Source: an uncultured Phycisphaerales bacterium (lineage in GTDB: Bacteria; Planctomycetota; Phycisphaerae; Sedimentisphaerales; Anaerobacaceae). From it: a stretch of 64,000 bases of DNA. Each line of letters begins with the position of its first letter. The first letter of the stretch is position 1. Positions 1 through 11,119 of the stretch are shown in pieces. The translations under genes were made by a program, and so were the position numbers. The notes beneath the pieces were generated by a model that saw only the letters and a program-made list of their open reading frames with translations, ran no database searches and was not told the DNA's origin. The DNA lies in assembly GCA_963718665.1 (NCBI GenBank), contig OY970359.1:1632001-1696000 (forward strand), given 5' to 3'.

Positions 1-2
1 GG

Positions 3-569
3 TTCGGCATCAGACGCGGCTACACGCTAAATGAGGAACAGTGGCGGGAGGTTGGGTGGCTGTGGTATGAGCCGTTGAGCAGGATTGTGAAGGTCGAGCC
101 GGATATAAAGGAAACGCTGGGTAAACTGAAGGGCATGGGGCTTAAATTAGGCATATTGAGCAATACATTTGTAAGCGCGGGGTCGTTAGACAGGCAGCTT
201 GAGCAGCTTGGTATGCTGGAGTTTTTTCCGTATCGACTTTATTCTTACCAGTATGAGTTTCGCAAGCCGGACAGGCGGATATTTGAGGCGGCGATAGCGA
301 AGGTGGGTGAGCTGGCGGAGAACATCCTTTTTGTTGGCGACAGGATATACACGGACATCAGGCCGGCGTTGAAAGCAGGAGTGCGGGCGGCATTGAAGTC
401 GGCTTACACGAATAAGGGCAAAAAAGTGCCGGCTGGCGTCTGGAGAATAGATAAAATAAATGAATTGCCGATGATTATCGAAAAGGTTAACGGTATGAAA
501 TCTGCGGATGGTGATGAGCTGCCAGCTGAAATTCCGGTTGCTGGTTGTGACGTATGCAAGAGGTGTTGA
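3..569 (+). CDS. HAD-superfamily hydrolase (5' end outside window)
   Basis: Frame open from position 3; HAD motifs GILSN, KPDRRIF, FVGDRIYTDI. Confidence 0.85.
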   Translation, partial: FGIRRGYTLNEEQWREVGWLWYEPLSRIVKVEPDIKETLGKLKGMGLKLGILSNTFVSAGSLDRQLEQLGMLEFFPYRLYSYQYEFRKPDRRIFEAAIAKVGELAENILFVGDRIYTDIRPALKAGVRAALKSAYTNKGKKVPAGVWRIDKINELPMIIEKVNGMKSADGDELPAEIPVAGCDVCKRC

Positions 570-1913
570 ATGGGTAAGCAGGTTGTTTTTCAAAGGTGTA
601 TAAACCCTGATTGTGCGGCGGAGTATGACGTCAGCGAAGTGATATTCAAGTGCCCGAAGTGCGGGGACCTTTTGGACGCACAATACAACTGGGACCAAGT
701 AGATATCCCGAAGAAGCTGGCTGATTTCGGCAAACGCTGGGCGAACAGGAACAATCGGCTGGATTTGTCGGGGGTGTGGCGGTTCAGGGAGCTTTTGAAT
801 TTCTGCGATGATAAATACAAGATAACAATCGCGGAAGGGCAGACGATTTTGCAGGCCAGCGACGAGGTCGGCAAATATGCGGGGATGAAGGCGGGGCGAT
901 TATTTTTGCAGTATGAGGGATTGAATCCGTCGGGGTCATTCAAGGATAACGGGATGACGGCGGCGTTCAGCCACGCAAAAATGGTGGGGGCGAAATCTTG
1001 CGCTTGTGCATCGACGGGCAACACGTCGGCGTCGGTTGCTCTTTACGCGCACAGCTGCGGGATGAAATGCACGGTCTTTATCGGGTCGGGAAGAATCGCT
1101 TTCGGGAAATTATCGCAGGCGATGGATTACGGCGCACAGACGATACAGATAAAGGGCGACTTCGATGATTGTATGAAGCAGGTGCAGGACGTCTGCACGA
1201 AACTCGGGTTATATCTGCTCAACTCGCTCAATCCATTCCGCTTGGAAGGGCAAAAGACGATAATGCTGCGGATTATCGAGGGGCTTGGGTGGGAAGTGCC
1301 TGACTGGATAGTTGTGCCGGGGGGCAATTTGGGCAATTCGAGCGCGTTCGGCAAGGCATTTTACGAATTGAAGCAGTTAGGTTTGATTAAACGTGTGCCG
1401 CGGCTGGCGATTATCAACGCGACGGGCGCGGATACGCTGACGGATATGGTGAACAACAAGAAATTGGTGTGGAACAACGGCAATGTGAATAACAAGGTCA
1501 TCGCCGATTACTACGCGGACCTTACGGCGAGGAAGTTTTCGCCTCATACGTGCGCATCGGCGATTGAAATTTCGCGGCCCGTGAATCTGAAGAAGTGTCT
1601 GCGTGCGATAGACGTTTGCAATGGCGTTGTGCGGGCGGTGAGCGATGAGGCGATTTGCGACGCCAAGGCGGTGATAGGCAAATACGGTCTTGGCTGTGAG
1701 CCGGCGTCGGCGGCATCAGTTGCGGGTCTGAAACTATTGCGAGACGAGGGCGTCATCGGGGCGGATGAGCGAATCGCGTGTGTGCTTACGGGGCATGCGC
1801 TTAAGGACCCGAATGTTACGGTGAATTATCACAAGGAAAAACAGGGGCTGTTCAGTAACCCGCCGATTGAGGCGCCGAACGATTTTAACGAGATATTGAA
1901 ACTTATAAAGTAG
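570..1913 (+). CDS. thrC: Threonine synthase
   Basis: N-terminal Cys knuckle, [11 protein letters not shown] lysine, [33 protein letters not shown]. Confidence 0.92.
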   Translation: MGKQVVFQRCINPDCAAEYDVSEVIFKCPKCGDLLDAQYNWDQVDIPKKLADFGKRWANRNNRLDLSGVWRFRELLNFCDDKYKITIAEGQTILQASDEVGKYAGMKAGRLFLQYEGLNPSGSFKDNGMTAAFSHAKMVGAKSCACASTGNTSASVALYAHSCGMKCTVFIGSGRIAFGKLSQAMDYGAQTIQIKGDFDDCMKQVQDVCTKLGLYLLNSLNPFRLEGQKTIMLRIIEGLGWEVPDWIVVPGGNLGNSSAFGKAFYELKQLGLIKRVPRLAIINATGADTLTDMVNNKKLVWNNGNVNNKVIADYYADLTARKFSPHTCASAIEISRPVNLKKCLRAIDVCNGVVRAVSDEAICDAKAVIGKYGLGCEPASAASVAGLKLLRDEGVIGADERIACVLTGHALKDPNVTVNYHKEKQGLFSNPPIEAPNDFNEILKLIK

Positions 1914-2016
1914 CAAAGGAAGAGACAGATATAGATTTGCCTTTGCCTGTCCGCTCGCCTGTGATGCAAGCAATTGTTTAACCGATATTTGAGGCCGGCA
2001 GGGCCTGAGTCGTTTG

Positions 2017-4494
2017 CTAAAAACTCAGGTCGTCTGTCTCGTTGAACGCAGCGAAGCTCAAGCCGAACTTCGCATCGCCCGACGCAACACCAAGGTCCGA
2101 CTTGATTATCGACACCGTAAATGTGCAGTTGTCGAGGTCTATACTTGCCGTTACCAGGGTGTTAATATTTTCGGCAGGAGTGATAACAGGATTGATTTTG
2201 CCGCAATTGTATAAATGTCCTTTCTTAGAGGCTTTAAAGCTGCCTTGGGGGATTGTGAAGGTCTGGGTGTTTGTATCATTCACGTCGCTTAAGGTAATGA
2301 CGACTTCTTTTGTGACCAGATTCGGTTCGTTGGTGTCGAGGTTCATATCCGCCACAGCAATGTCACCTTTTACGGACAACGAATCAGACGATGCTTTGGT
2401 GACGTTTTTGACCTTTGCCTTAGTGACAATAAGCGTGTCTTTATACAATCTCATAAGGCGGGCAGGTATCGACTGTTTGCTGCCGTTGACAACCGTTTCC
2501 CCGGCATTACCCGACACTTGATAGCCGCCCATAGTGAATCCGAGTTGAACCGGGCAAGCCAGGCCGGTCAGGTCGAGGTTATTGGCCTTTATCGCAAAGG
2601 TTCTTTTATGGAAATCCAGCGTCAGGGAAGTAATTTTTCCCGGCTGGCCCTTATAAACTTTGGCCAGGTGCGTGTACTTTCCTTTGCTATTGACCAGTGT
2701 CGGGTTGAAATCGCTTAGAGTTTCGGTGTAAACGACCTTGCCATCAGTTACAGAGGTGATATTAACTTCTACTGAATTTATATCGCTATAGTCACTTGGC
2801 AGCGTAATGGTTCCAGAGGCCTCGAAAGTATCTTTCATATCATTGTAGTCAGCGTTGTTATGATACTGGGTTTTGCCAGCCGCAACCTTACATTTGGTGA
2901 TTGTCAGAGAAGTTCCCGTCTGAAGCACTATATGACAAACAGTCAGAGGCGGGATGGTATATGTGAATGTGTTGTTTGTTATATCGGTGATTGCGGCGGT
3001 CTCCGTGATAGCGGGGCTGCTGCTGTCAAATCGCCACACTCTGCCTGATGTGAAATTTTGCGGGCTGGTAATATTGAAGGTTCCGGTGATGGCATTATTC
3101 ATGTTCTTATTAATGACTATCAGATGCATCTCGCAGGTATAGCCGTTGAACACAGAGGCATAAATGGAGCTGTCAACCTTGTCGGACATTGTCGAATAAA
3201 CTTCCGTATCTCCGAATGTGGATTTGTTGTTGTCGTAGTTTGTGTACATTTCGATTGCGGCATCAACATAGTTACCGTCACCCCAGTAACTCGCAAGGTA
3301 AACTCCGTATTTGCCGAAGATACCAAGGACATCCGCGGTGGCAATGCCGCCTGACCAGTGGGTTTCTCCGCCGTAAGCATACTCGGTTATCGTGAGATTG
3401 GTGTCAGGATAATAGGTATTTATTGAGCTCTGTAACCTGGGAATTATTGGCAGGTAACTGCTGTACCATTCCCCAATCCAGCTATTTTCAATATAACCCT
3501 GGTCCCACAGAGTTCTCGGCGCCTGCATACGGGCATCCCAGTTTGCGCTGTAATTCATAAAGTTTGTAATTCTGACGTCATTCACGTCCATCGCTTCCGG
3601 ATACCAGTGGACATCGAGAGCATCTAATAGTCGTTTGCCGGCGGCGACTGAATTTGCTTCCATCTTGTTTAAATAATAACTGAGGAACCAGTCATATCCA
3701 CTTCCTACGGTGCCCCAGTCGGGTGCGCCTTGGAAAGTCAGATAGCCGTTGAAACCATAGCTGACAGGGCCAAGCATCTGGGCATTGGGGTCAACATTTT
3801 TTACGGCTAAGGATATCGCCACGCTTTTATCTTTATATTCCGCACAGCCGGTCGCAGCAGGGTGAACTTCAGGGTGAGTGCTGTCCCAGAGGTCGGGTTC
3901 GTTGTCCATATCGTAGAATTTGACACCGTTCGGGTCGCCAGCGTGACCGTATTTGCTCACAAGAAAATTGACAAATTCATCCATATAGACATTGGGGTCA
4001 TTTCCGTCGGGATTGCCAGCAGGGCTGCAGAAGGGAGCGCCTTTGGCGAAAACGGCCTGCTTGAATCTTGATGATGGCGCTGTTTGAGTGGTTAGATCGA
4101 CATCGCCGCTGCCGTCAGCCGAGACATAGCCGGCCATTTGCACTGTTACGATAGAGTCCTGTTTGTTCGTAACACAGGAATTACGAAAATCGGTTACATA
4201 TTGGCCCGGAGTAGTGCTGCTGCAAAGATAATTATCGTTGCTGTAATACCAGTCGTTGCCGGCGTTTGAGTAGTTGTTTTCCCAGTTGTAAGCGGTTAGT
4301 CGATTTCCGCCACTTCTTACGACGGTGTAATTTGAGTTGCCTGTATCGTTTGTGCCGTAGACGTATTTGCTGATAGGCGTCCTGTTGACGTCAGTTTTGA
4401 TGTTATAAGTTACATTTATATTGGCTGCTGATGCAATTGGGCTATACGACAGATAGAAAACCAACGCGAGGGTGAGTAAGGTCGTTGCTTTCAT
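2017..4494 (-). CDS. Secreted GH44 endoglucanase/xyloglucanase with ~300-aa C-terminal beta domain
   Basis: Signal peptide; R-GGNRLTAYNWENNYSNAGNDW, DNEPDLWDSTH, LDVHWYPE, ITEY motifs. Confidence 0.85.
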   Translation of the reverse strand: MKATTLLTLALVFYLSYSPIASAANINVTYNIKTDVNRTPISKYVYGTNDTGNSNYTVVRSGGNRLTAYNWENNYSNAGNDWYYSNDNYLCSSTTPGQYVTDFRNSCVTNKQDSIVTVQMAGYVSADGSGDVDLTTQTAPSSRFKQAVFAKGAPFCSPAGNPDGNDPNVYMDEFVNFLVSKYGHAGDPNGVKFYDMDNEPDLWDSTHPEVHPAATGCAEYKDKSVAISLAVKNVDPNAQMLGPVSYGFNGYLTFQGAPDWGTVGSGYDWFLSYYLNKMEANSVAAGKRLLDALDVHWYPEAMDVNDVRITNFMNYSANWDARMQAPRTLWDQGYIENSWIGEWYSSYLPIIPRLQSSINTYYPDTNLTITEYAYGGETHWSGGIATADVLGIFGKYGVYLASYWGDGNYVDAAIEMYTNYDNNKSTFGDTEVYSTMSDKVDSSIYASVFNGYTCEMHLIVINKNMNNAITGTFNITSPQNFTSGRVWRFDSSSPAITETAAITDITNNTFTYTIPPLTVCHIVLQTGTSLTITKCKVAAGKTQYHNNADYNDMKDTFEASGTITLPSDYSDINSVEVNITSVTDGKVVYTETLSDFNPTLVNSKGKYTHLAKVYKGQPGKITSLTLDFHKRTFAIKANNLDLTGLACPVQLGFTMGGYQVSGNAGETVVNGSKQSIPARLMRLYKDTLIVTKAKVKNVTKASSDSLSVKGDIAVADMNLDTNEPNLVTKEVVITLSDVNDTNTQTFTIPQGSFKASKKGHLYNCGKINPVITPAENINTLVTASIDLDNCTFTVSIIKSDLGVASGDAKFGLSFAAFNETDDLSF

Positions 4495-4816
4495 TTTGCT
4501 TTTCCTGACTTCGCTATCCTGCCCGCCGGAGCCCCAAAAACGACTCTAACCCGGCAGGGAAGCGGATTTTGAGTATGGCTTTATTATCATCTGACATTTC
4601 CCATATATACACCTTAATAACATCGGTATGTCTTCTGATTGCCATAAGTTTTTCACAAGCAATTTGGTCTGAAGATACGCAGAAAGACCGATATGATTGT
4701 GATTTTGCGTTCGCTGTTTTCGGAAATATCTTGATGGGAGTTTGTAAAACAACATAATATGGTGCGATTTGAAGCCGGTTAAATTCTTCGGGTAACTACA
4801 TTTGGGTCAGGAAAGA

Positions 4817-6482
4817 ATGGATTTGAATATTAGTCGCGGCAAGGTGTTTTGGATTACAGGGGCGTTGCTATTATCTGCGATGCTCGCCGGGTGGAAGCTT
4901 TCGGCGGTCCCGCTCGATGACCACGAGAGTTATGTGTCGGTTACTGCGCGAGATGCTGGGAGGCGGCAGTTGGATTGAGCCGACATTCAATGGTGAACCA
5001 CGACTGCAAAAGACACCCCTTTCATACTGGCTTGTGGCGAGTATTGCCAGGGTTACGGGTAAGGTTGATGAGTTTGCGGCGCGGCTGCCGAGCGCGGTTT
5101 TCGCATTTTTGTCCGCCGGGGCGGTGCTGTATTTCGTGAATCGATGGCTGTCGCTGCGAATCGCGTTGATAGCGACGGCTGTTTGGGCAACATCGATTGC
5201 ATACGTTCACTGGTCACATTCAGCGAGGCCTGAGATGGGGCTGGTTTTTTTTGTGACGCTGTGCCTTTTGTCTTTTTACTCAGCGATAACCAGTGGAGAC
5301 CGCCGGAGTCGTGTTGTTTTTATGTTTATCTTCTGGGGAAGTTTCGCGCTGGGTAATCTTGCGAAGGGACCAGCGCCGGTTGTTTATGTTTTACTGCCTG
5401 TGGGTTTATATATTGCGGTCAGGAGGGAATGGCGTGTAATTCCGAAATTGCTGCCGGTCTGGGGGATAATCATTTGTCTTGCTGTTGTATTGCCCTGGCC
5501 TTTGGCGGCGGCGTATAAAGCAAACTGGGACGTGATGATATGGAAGCGTGAGTTTTTCGACCGGTTGTTCGGCGAGTACGCGGCAGGCAATTATCCGTGG
5601 TATTATTACTTTGGGATGGTGTTCAAATACACAGCGCCGTGGTGCATTTTTCTTCCGATTGCCCTTGTTGCGCCTTTCTACAAGTCGTGGGGCGAAAAAC
5701 GGCCGGTTATGCAGTTTTTATGGTTGTGGTTTGCGGCAGATTATGTGTTTCTGATGCTGTCAGGAGGCAAGCGTCAGCATTATCTTCTGCCGCTGATTCC
5801 TGCGATGTCGATACTAACCGCTATACTGATAGATGAGATGGCGTTTGTGCGTCAGGTGTTTACGCTCAGATATGCGGCAAATATATTGCGGGGTCACGTA
5901 TTATTTTTCGTTTTGGTTTCGATAGCGGTTCCTGTTTATTTCGCCAAGGCGAAGATTCCAGAATTGGCATCCGCGACGGCGTGGGTATATGTGATTAGCT
6001 TTTCTGTGATTTTGATTGTGACGACCATAGTTGTTGCAATTCTTTTTGTTAAACGGTATTCGAGCATTGCCTGCGTTACGCTTTTTTGCGGAATCACCGT
6101 TTTAATGGCGCATCATTATACAGGTTTGTTAAGTATTATCAGTCCGGACAGGGCGGTGAAGGAATTTGCTCTAAAGGTTGCGGATATTGTGCCGGTGACC
6201 GACAAGATGGTTTCATACGGGCCTGTGCCATCCAATTTCATACATTACTTTGGCAGGGACGTGAAAAGAATCCAGGACGAAGCCGAATTGAACAATCTCT
6301 ATCAACAGAATTGCTGGGTTGTTTCATTCGGCAAGGGGATGGATGAGCTGTTGAGCACAGGGCGATACAAACTTGTGTATATGGATACGAACGCCAAGAG
6401 GCGCGGGGAAAACATATCTGCCGGAGGGTTGTTTCATAATTTTTCCTCTTCTGTTAGCGTGCCTTCGATAAGCAGCCAATAA
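4817..6482 (+). pseudogene. ArnT/GT83-like lipid glycosyltransferase, frameshifted at ~4946-4952 (pseudogene or consensus error)
   Basis: ATG 4817 frame gives a TM segment + DDHESYVSVTAR; the track frame continues EMLGGGSWIEPTFNGEPRLQKTPL; AARLPSA and LAKGP motifs. Confidence 0.75.
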
Positions 6483-6504
6483 TTTATATCGGGGAGATAA
6501 GTGA

Positions 6505-8091
6505 ATGGATTTGATTGGTAGTCGCTGTAAGTTGTTTTTGATTCTGCTGTTTGCCTGGGCGGTAATATACCTGCCCGGGCTTGGCAGACAAGGGCTTAGG
6601 GGTGAGGAGGGGCGGCGGGTTCTGCCAGCGGTCGAAATGCTGAAGACGGGCAACTGGGTGCTGCCTCGCATTGCAGACATGGATTACTATAACAAACCGC
6701 CTGGGATAAACTGGCTTGTGGCCGCCTCATTTGTGCTGACAGGCGAGCAATCGGAGCTGACGGCGCGGCTGCCTTCGGTGGTGTTCGCTCTGATTTTCGT
6801 GGTGTTTTTAATCTGGATGCCGATCCCCTGGCTGGACCTCGAAGCCCGTTTGATTGGCGCGATAATTTTTCTGACCACCAGCGTCATTATAGAAAAAGGC
6901 CGGCTGATTGAAATTGAGACGGTTTACACGGCTCTTACCGGCATAGCGATACTTTTGTGGCTGAGCATCTGGTCAAGGAATGGTTCAAACCGGCTGCTGT
7001 GGCTTGCGCCATCAATAGTGCTTGCTTTTGGGATGCTGGTTAAGGGGCCGTTTATTCTCCTGTTCTTTTACAGTGTCGTGATTTCGGTATTGTATTACTC
7101 AAAGAAGCTGAAGAGTTTGTTTTCGATTTGGCATTTTGTCGGATGTGTGATTATTTTACTTCCGTTCTGCATATGGCTCCTGCTTGCGTTTCAGCAGACG
7201 TCCGCGTCCAAAATTTCATCTCAAATGACCAATCAATTGCTCATTAGAATCATCGATAAGATAGATATACTGTACTGGGGGCATAATTTTATTATGGAAT
7301 TCATGAATTTTCTGCCCTGGTTAGTTTTTTTACCGATGCTGTGGAGGGAGAAATTGACGGAAAGAATTGCCCCGCAATACCAGTCGCTGTTTCGCGGCAG
7401 CCGGCTCGGAATAGTGATTGGTTTTATTATAATTTCTCTGATGCCAAAAATGGAGTCGAGATACACCATACCTGTTATTCCGCTGGTATCTGTTTTGCTG
7501 GGCTGGACGCTTTCGCTTGAAAAGGAAATTGTTTCGACGGACCGCCTATGGAAAAGCGTACTGCTGGCGGGTTTCGCTGTGTCCTGCGTGACCGCAGCGG
7601 CAGGATTGGTATTTGTATCCGTATCGGCCGGGACGATTATTACGCTGGGGGCGACAATTTGCGCAACAGTTTTTATTTTTCTGAAACGCGGTAAGATTCA
7701 AGGCAAACCGGCACTTTCGCTTGCTACAATGCTGCTGGTTGTGATTGCAACGCTGCAGTATTCTACTTCTTTTCTCGATATTTCGGTGCCGATGGAAAAC
7801 CGTGCGTCGATGGGGACGGATATCAACAGAATTGTACCGGAGGGCGAGACAATAAATCTGTTTAGGCCGGGCACATTTATTTACCCGGCGATTTTCCGCT
7901 TTAGGATACCCACCAGATATATCTACGACGTCAACAATATCGACGAACAGGTTCATTATATGCTTATAAAACGGAAGGATTGGGATGTTCTAAGGACAGA
8001 GGGGAAAATCTCCGCCCGTTCTCCGCGGGTGATCCAGAAATTTGTCAACCCAGTACCCAACGAATACTGGTTAGTGCGGCTGGATCAATAA
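6505..8091 (+). CDS. ArnT/GT83-like lipid glycosyltransferase
   Basis: EEGRR..AVEMLKTGNW, NKPP, ARLPS, LVKGP; polytopic membrane protein. Confidence 0.82.
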   Translation: MDLIGSRCKLFLILLFAWAVIYLPGLGRQGLRGEEGRRVLPAVEMLKTGNWVLPRIADMDYYNKPPGINWLVAASFVLTGEQSELTARLPSVVFALIFVVFLIWMPIPWLDLEARLIGAIIFLTTSVIIEKGRLIEIETVYTALTGIAILLWLSIWSRNGSNRLLWLAPSIVLAFGMLVKGPFILLFFYSVVISVLYYSKKLKSLFSIWHFVGCVIILLPFCIWLLLAFQQTSASKISSQMTNQLLIRIIDKIDILYWGHNFIMEFMNFLPWLVFLPMLWREKLTERIAPQYQSLFRGSRLGIVIGFIIISLMPKMESRYTIPVIPLVSVLLGWTLSLEKEIVSTDRLWKSVLLAGFAVSCVTAAAGLVFVSVSAGTIITLGATICATVFIFLKRGKIQGKPALSLATMLLVVIATLQYSTSFLDISVPMENRASMGTDINRIVPEGETINLFRPGTFIYPAIFRFRIPTRYIYDVNNIDEQVHYMLIKRKDWDVLRTEGKISARSPRVIQKFVNPVPNEYWLVRLDQ

Positions 8092-8111
8092 AACCTGTTG
8101 TGTTCTAAGAA

Positions 8112-8762
8112 TTAGTTCCGGGGTATTTGCGGCAGCGGATTGGGTATTTCCTCTATAACTCCTGCCTGGTTGAGCCGTATTGCGAATTCAGCCATATTAT
8201 TATTGAGGAATGGGCGCAGGGAACGTTTGTTGTCGTGGATGGGGTATCCGTGTTTTTCCATTTCATCTTCGACGATATTGGGGTTTATTTTCTGCACCAA
8301 AAGCTGGTATGTTGCGATGACGCCGCCGGTTCTTGCTGCTCCGGCGGCACAATGCACAAGCACAGGCAGGTTTTGTTTTTCCGCGTTGGCTATCGCGATG
8401 ACTGCACTGGTGTAATCATTTACATCCCCGGTGCCGTTGCCGCGCATAGGGAAACTTAATACTTTAATTTTCAGCTCGGCTGCGGCCTGTTTCTCGGCTT
8501 GCTTGTCGTGGTTATTGAGGTCGGCGGAGGTAAGGTCAACAATGATGCGGATGTTGTATTTAGTCAGTGTTTTTTTTATCAGGGAGGCGGATATTTGCCC
8601 GCTGCGATAAACATGTCCCGGAACCACCACGCCGAAATTTCTCGGGATGATGTGGTATCTGATGAAACCAAACCAGGCCCATGTCGCCAATCCAATAATG
8701 ATTACCGGCACTACGACAAACACCCATTTGTGCTTGGCCCTGGATGAAGCATTAAGATTCAT
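8112..8762 (-). CDS. Membrane-anchored dual-specificity/tyrosine phosphatase-family protein (paralog 1)
   Basis: N-terminal TM; YRSGQ; HCAAGAARTG CX5R loop. Confidence 0.85.
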   Translation of the reverse strand: MNLNASSRAKHKWVFVVVPVIIIGLATWAWFGFIRYHIIPRNFGVVVPGHVYRSGQISASLIKKTLTKYNIRIIVDLTSADLNNHDKQAEKQAAAELKIKVLSFPMRGNGTGDVNDYTSAVIAIANAEKQNLPVLVHCAAGAARTGGVIATYQLLVQKINPNIVEDEMEKHGYPIHDNKRSLRPFLNNNMAEFAIRLNQAGVIEEIPNPLPQIPRN

Positions 8763-8869
8763 TTGGCAGTCCTTTCAGCATTGCGGTTTATTTTAATAAA
8801 CCGCGGATAAAGTTTATTTCCTGTTTGGTAAGTTGTCCGCCTTTAATTTTTATGGTGCCAGAGAAAGGA

Positions 8870-9526
8870 TTAGTCCCTCGGTATTTGGGGAATCGTTGCG
8901 GGGATTTCGTCAATAATTCCGGCCCGTTTGAGCCGGGTAGCCAACTCAGCCATATTATCGTTTAGAAATGAACGAAGAACCGGCCTGTCGTCGATGGCGC
9001 ATCCGTATTTTTCAATTTCATCTTCAACAATATTTGGGTCAATTTTTTGCACCAGAAGCCGGTATGTTGCGATGACGCCGCCTGTTCTTTGGGCTCCTGC
9101 GGTGCAATGCACAAGGACAGGCAGGTTTTGTTTTTCCGCGTTGGCTATCGCGATGACTGCACTGGCGTAATCATTTATATCGCCGGTGCCATTACCGCTC
9201 ATAGTAAACCTTAATACTTTGATGTTTAGTTCGGCTGCGGCCTGTTTTTCGGCCTGCTTGTCGGGGTTGTTGGGGTCGGCGGAGGTAAGGTCAACAATAA
9301 TGCGAATGTTGTATTTAGTCAGGGTTTTTTTTATCAGAGAGGCAGAAATTTGTCCGCTTCGATAAATATGTCCCGGCACTACGACGCCGAACCTTTTGGG
9401 GACAAAGCGATATTTGATGAAGCTAAACCAGACCCATACCGCTAATCCAATCACGATTGCCGACACGGCGACAAAGAGCCATTTATGCCCGGCCCCGGAA
9501 TATACTTGTGAAGCGTTAAGATTCAT
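8870..9526 (-). CDS. Membrane-anchored dual-specificity/tyrosine phosphatase-family protein (paralog 2)
   Basis: HCTAGAQRTG; long stretches identical to 8112-8762. Confidence 0.85.
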   Translation of the reverse strand: MNLNASQVYSGAGHKWLFVAVSAIVIGLAVWVWFSFIKYRFVPKRFGVVVPGHIYRSGQISASLIKKTLTKYNIRIIVDLTSADPNNPDKQAEKQAAAELNIKVLRFTMSGNGTGDINDYASAVIAIANAEKQNLPVLVHCTAGAQRTGGVIATYRLLVQKIDPNIVEDEIEKYGCAIDDRPVLRSFLNDNMAELATRLKRAGIIDEIPATIPQIPRD

Positions 9527-9551
9527 TGAGCAACCCTGTCAGCATTGTGGT

Positions 9552-10103
9552 TTATTTGAATAAACCGCGGATAAAGTTTTTCTCCTGCTCGGTAAGCTGT
9601 CCACATTTAATTTTTGCGGCTTCGGCGAGAACCTGTTCGAGGGTATTCTGCCGATTTTTGGCGAGCCATACGGCGGCAAGTACCGCGACACGGCCTTCGC
9701 CTTTGCCATCATGGACCAACACGGGAAGGTTTTCCTTGTCAGCTATTATATCGAGGAATTTTTGCTGCATATTCGCGTCGGGGAAATGAGCAGGGTCGTT
9801 TACGTTTCTTTCCAGCGGCATCTCGAAGTATTTGACGCTGTTGCTTCGGACCCAGGTCATTTCCTCACTGTACCAGTTTTGTTCGCGATGTTCAGCGGGC
9901 GAGCGGAGGTTGATGATTGTGCCGATGTGATACTTGTAAAGCAATCGGGTGTAGTCCATACCTCTGGGCTGGCCGCTTGTATAAAGGATACCCGGGCTTA
10001 TACAATTTAAGTCGGCAATCCAGAAGTTTTCGACAAGCATCACGATTGCGCCGACGATAATTGCTATTGTTATAATGGTTCGCAAGGGACTTTTCTTTTT
10101 CAC
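9552..10103 (-). CDS. Phosphatase-fold protein lacking the catalytic Cys
   Basis: YTSGQP, IINLR, PVLVHDGKGEGR (Asp at the Cys position of HCX5R). Confidence 0.7.
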   Translation of the reverse strand: MKKKSPLRTIITIAIIVGAIVMLVENFWIADLNCISPGILYTSGQPRGMDYTRLLYKYHIGTIINLRSPAEHREQNWYSEEMTWVRSNSVKYFEMPLERNVNDPAHFPDANMQQKFLDIIADKENLPVLVHDGKGEGRVAVLAAVWLAKNRQNTLEQVLAEAAKIKCGQLTEQEKNFIRGLFK

Positions 10104-10108
10104 CTTTT

Positions 10109-11119
10109 TTACTCCGAGCCAAGCGTCTGGCGAGTGTAAATTTTTTTGACCGAATAAATTTTTCTGTCTGTGGATTCAAAATAAACCCTGCTGACCATTT
10201 CGCCAATGAGTCCGGTGGCGATAAAGACGGTTCCTACCATAAGCAGGACCGCGGCAAGACCTGCCATTGGGCCGTGCGCGACGAAGACAGGAACTTTGTA
10301 GTATAGTTTATCGAAGAGGATATAGCCGGCCATAAGGATACTTGCGAGGACGCAATAGAATGCGGCTCTGCCGAAGAAATGCAGGGGTTTTGTGAGGTAG
10401 CCGAGGAGGAAGCGAAGGGTAATTAAATCAAAGACGACCCTGAAGGTTCTGCCGATTCCATAGTTGCTTGAGCCGGATGGCCTTACGATATTAGTAATTG
10501 GTATTTCGATTATTTTTGCACCGCTTTGGCTGAGCAGCGCGGGGATGAAGCGGTGCATTTCGCCGTAGAGGTGGAGTTGCTCTATTATTTCGCGGCGGTA
10601 TGCCTTGAAGGTTGTGCCAAAGTCGTGGATGTCAACGCCGGAGATTTTTGAAGCAAGCCAGTTTGCGGCCCTTGAGGGGATTTTTCGCATAACGAGGTTA
10701 TCGACTCGGTTTTTTCGCCAGCCGCTGACGACATCGTAACCCTCGTTGAGCTTTTCGAGGAAAATTGGTATTTCTTCGGGCAGGTGCTGGAGGTCGCCAT
10801 CCATTGAGATGATGATTTGTCCCCGCGCGATATCGAAGCCGGCGGCGAGGGCGGGCGTCTGGCCAAAGTTGCGTCGAAGCTCTACGGCGAGAACTTTGCT
10901 GTCTTTGGAGGCGATTGCTTTAAGGAGCTGAAGCGTGTTGTCCGAACTGCCGTCGTCGATAAAGATAAGCTCGTAGTAAAGACCTGTCGCGGTGAGCGTT
11001 TTGGTCAGGCGGTCGTAAAGCTCCTGCACGACGGCTGATTCGTTGTAGAGCGGCACTACGACAGAGCAATCGATAGTCGGGTTCCTTGAGGATTGCGGTT
11101 GTTTTTCAAAGTTGGCCAT
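10109..11119 (-). CDS. GT2 polyprenol-phosphate glycosyltransferase (ArnC/GtrB-like)
   Basis: VVPLYNE, IDDGSSD, RNFGQTPA, MDGDLQH, GEMHRFIP; two C-terminal TMs. Confidence 0.88.
   Translation of the reverse strand: MANFEKQPQSSRNPTIDCSVVVPLYNESAVVQELYDRLTKTLTATGLYYELIFIDDGSSDNTLQLLKAIASKDSKVLAVELRRNFGQTPALAAGFDIARGQIIISMDGDLQHLPEEIPIFLEKLNEGYDVVSGWRKNRVDNLVMRKIPSRAANWLASKISGVDIHDFGTTFKAYRREIIEQLHLYGEMHRFIPALLSQSGAKIIEIPITNIVRPSGSSNYGIGRTFRVVFDLITLRFLLGYLTKPLHFFGRAAFYCVLASILMAGYILFDKLYYKVPVFVAHGPMAGLAAVLLMVGTVFIATGLIGEMVSRVYFESTDRKIYSVKKIYTRQTLGSE

Noticed and set aside
4500..4570. Riboswitch upstream of GH44
   Set aside because: Only a GC-rich hairpin; no recognisable aptamer motif
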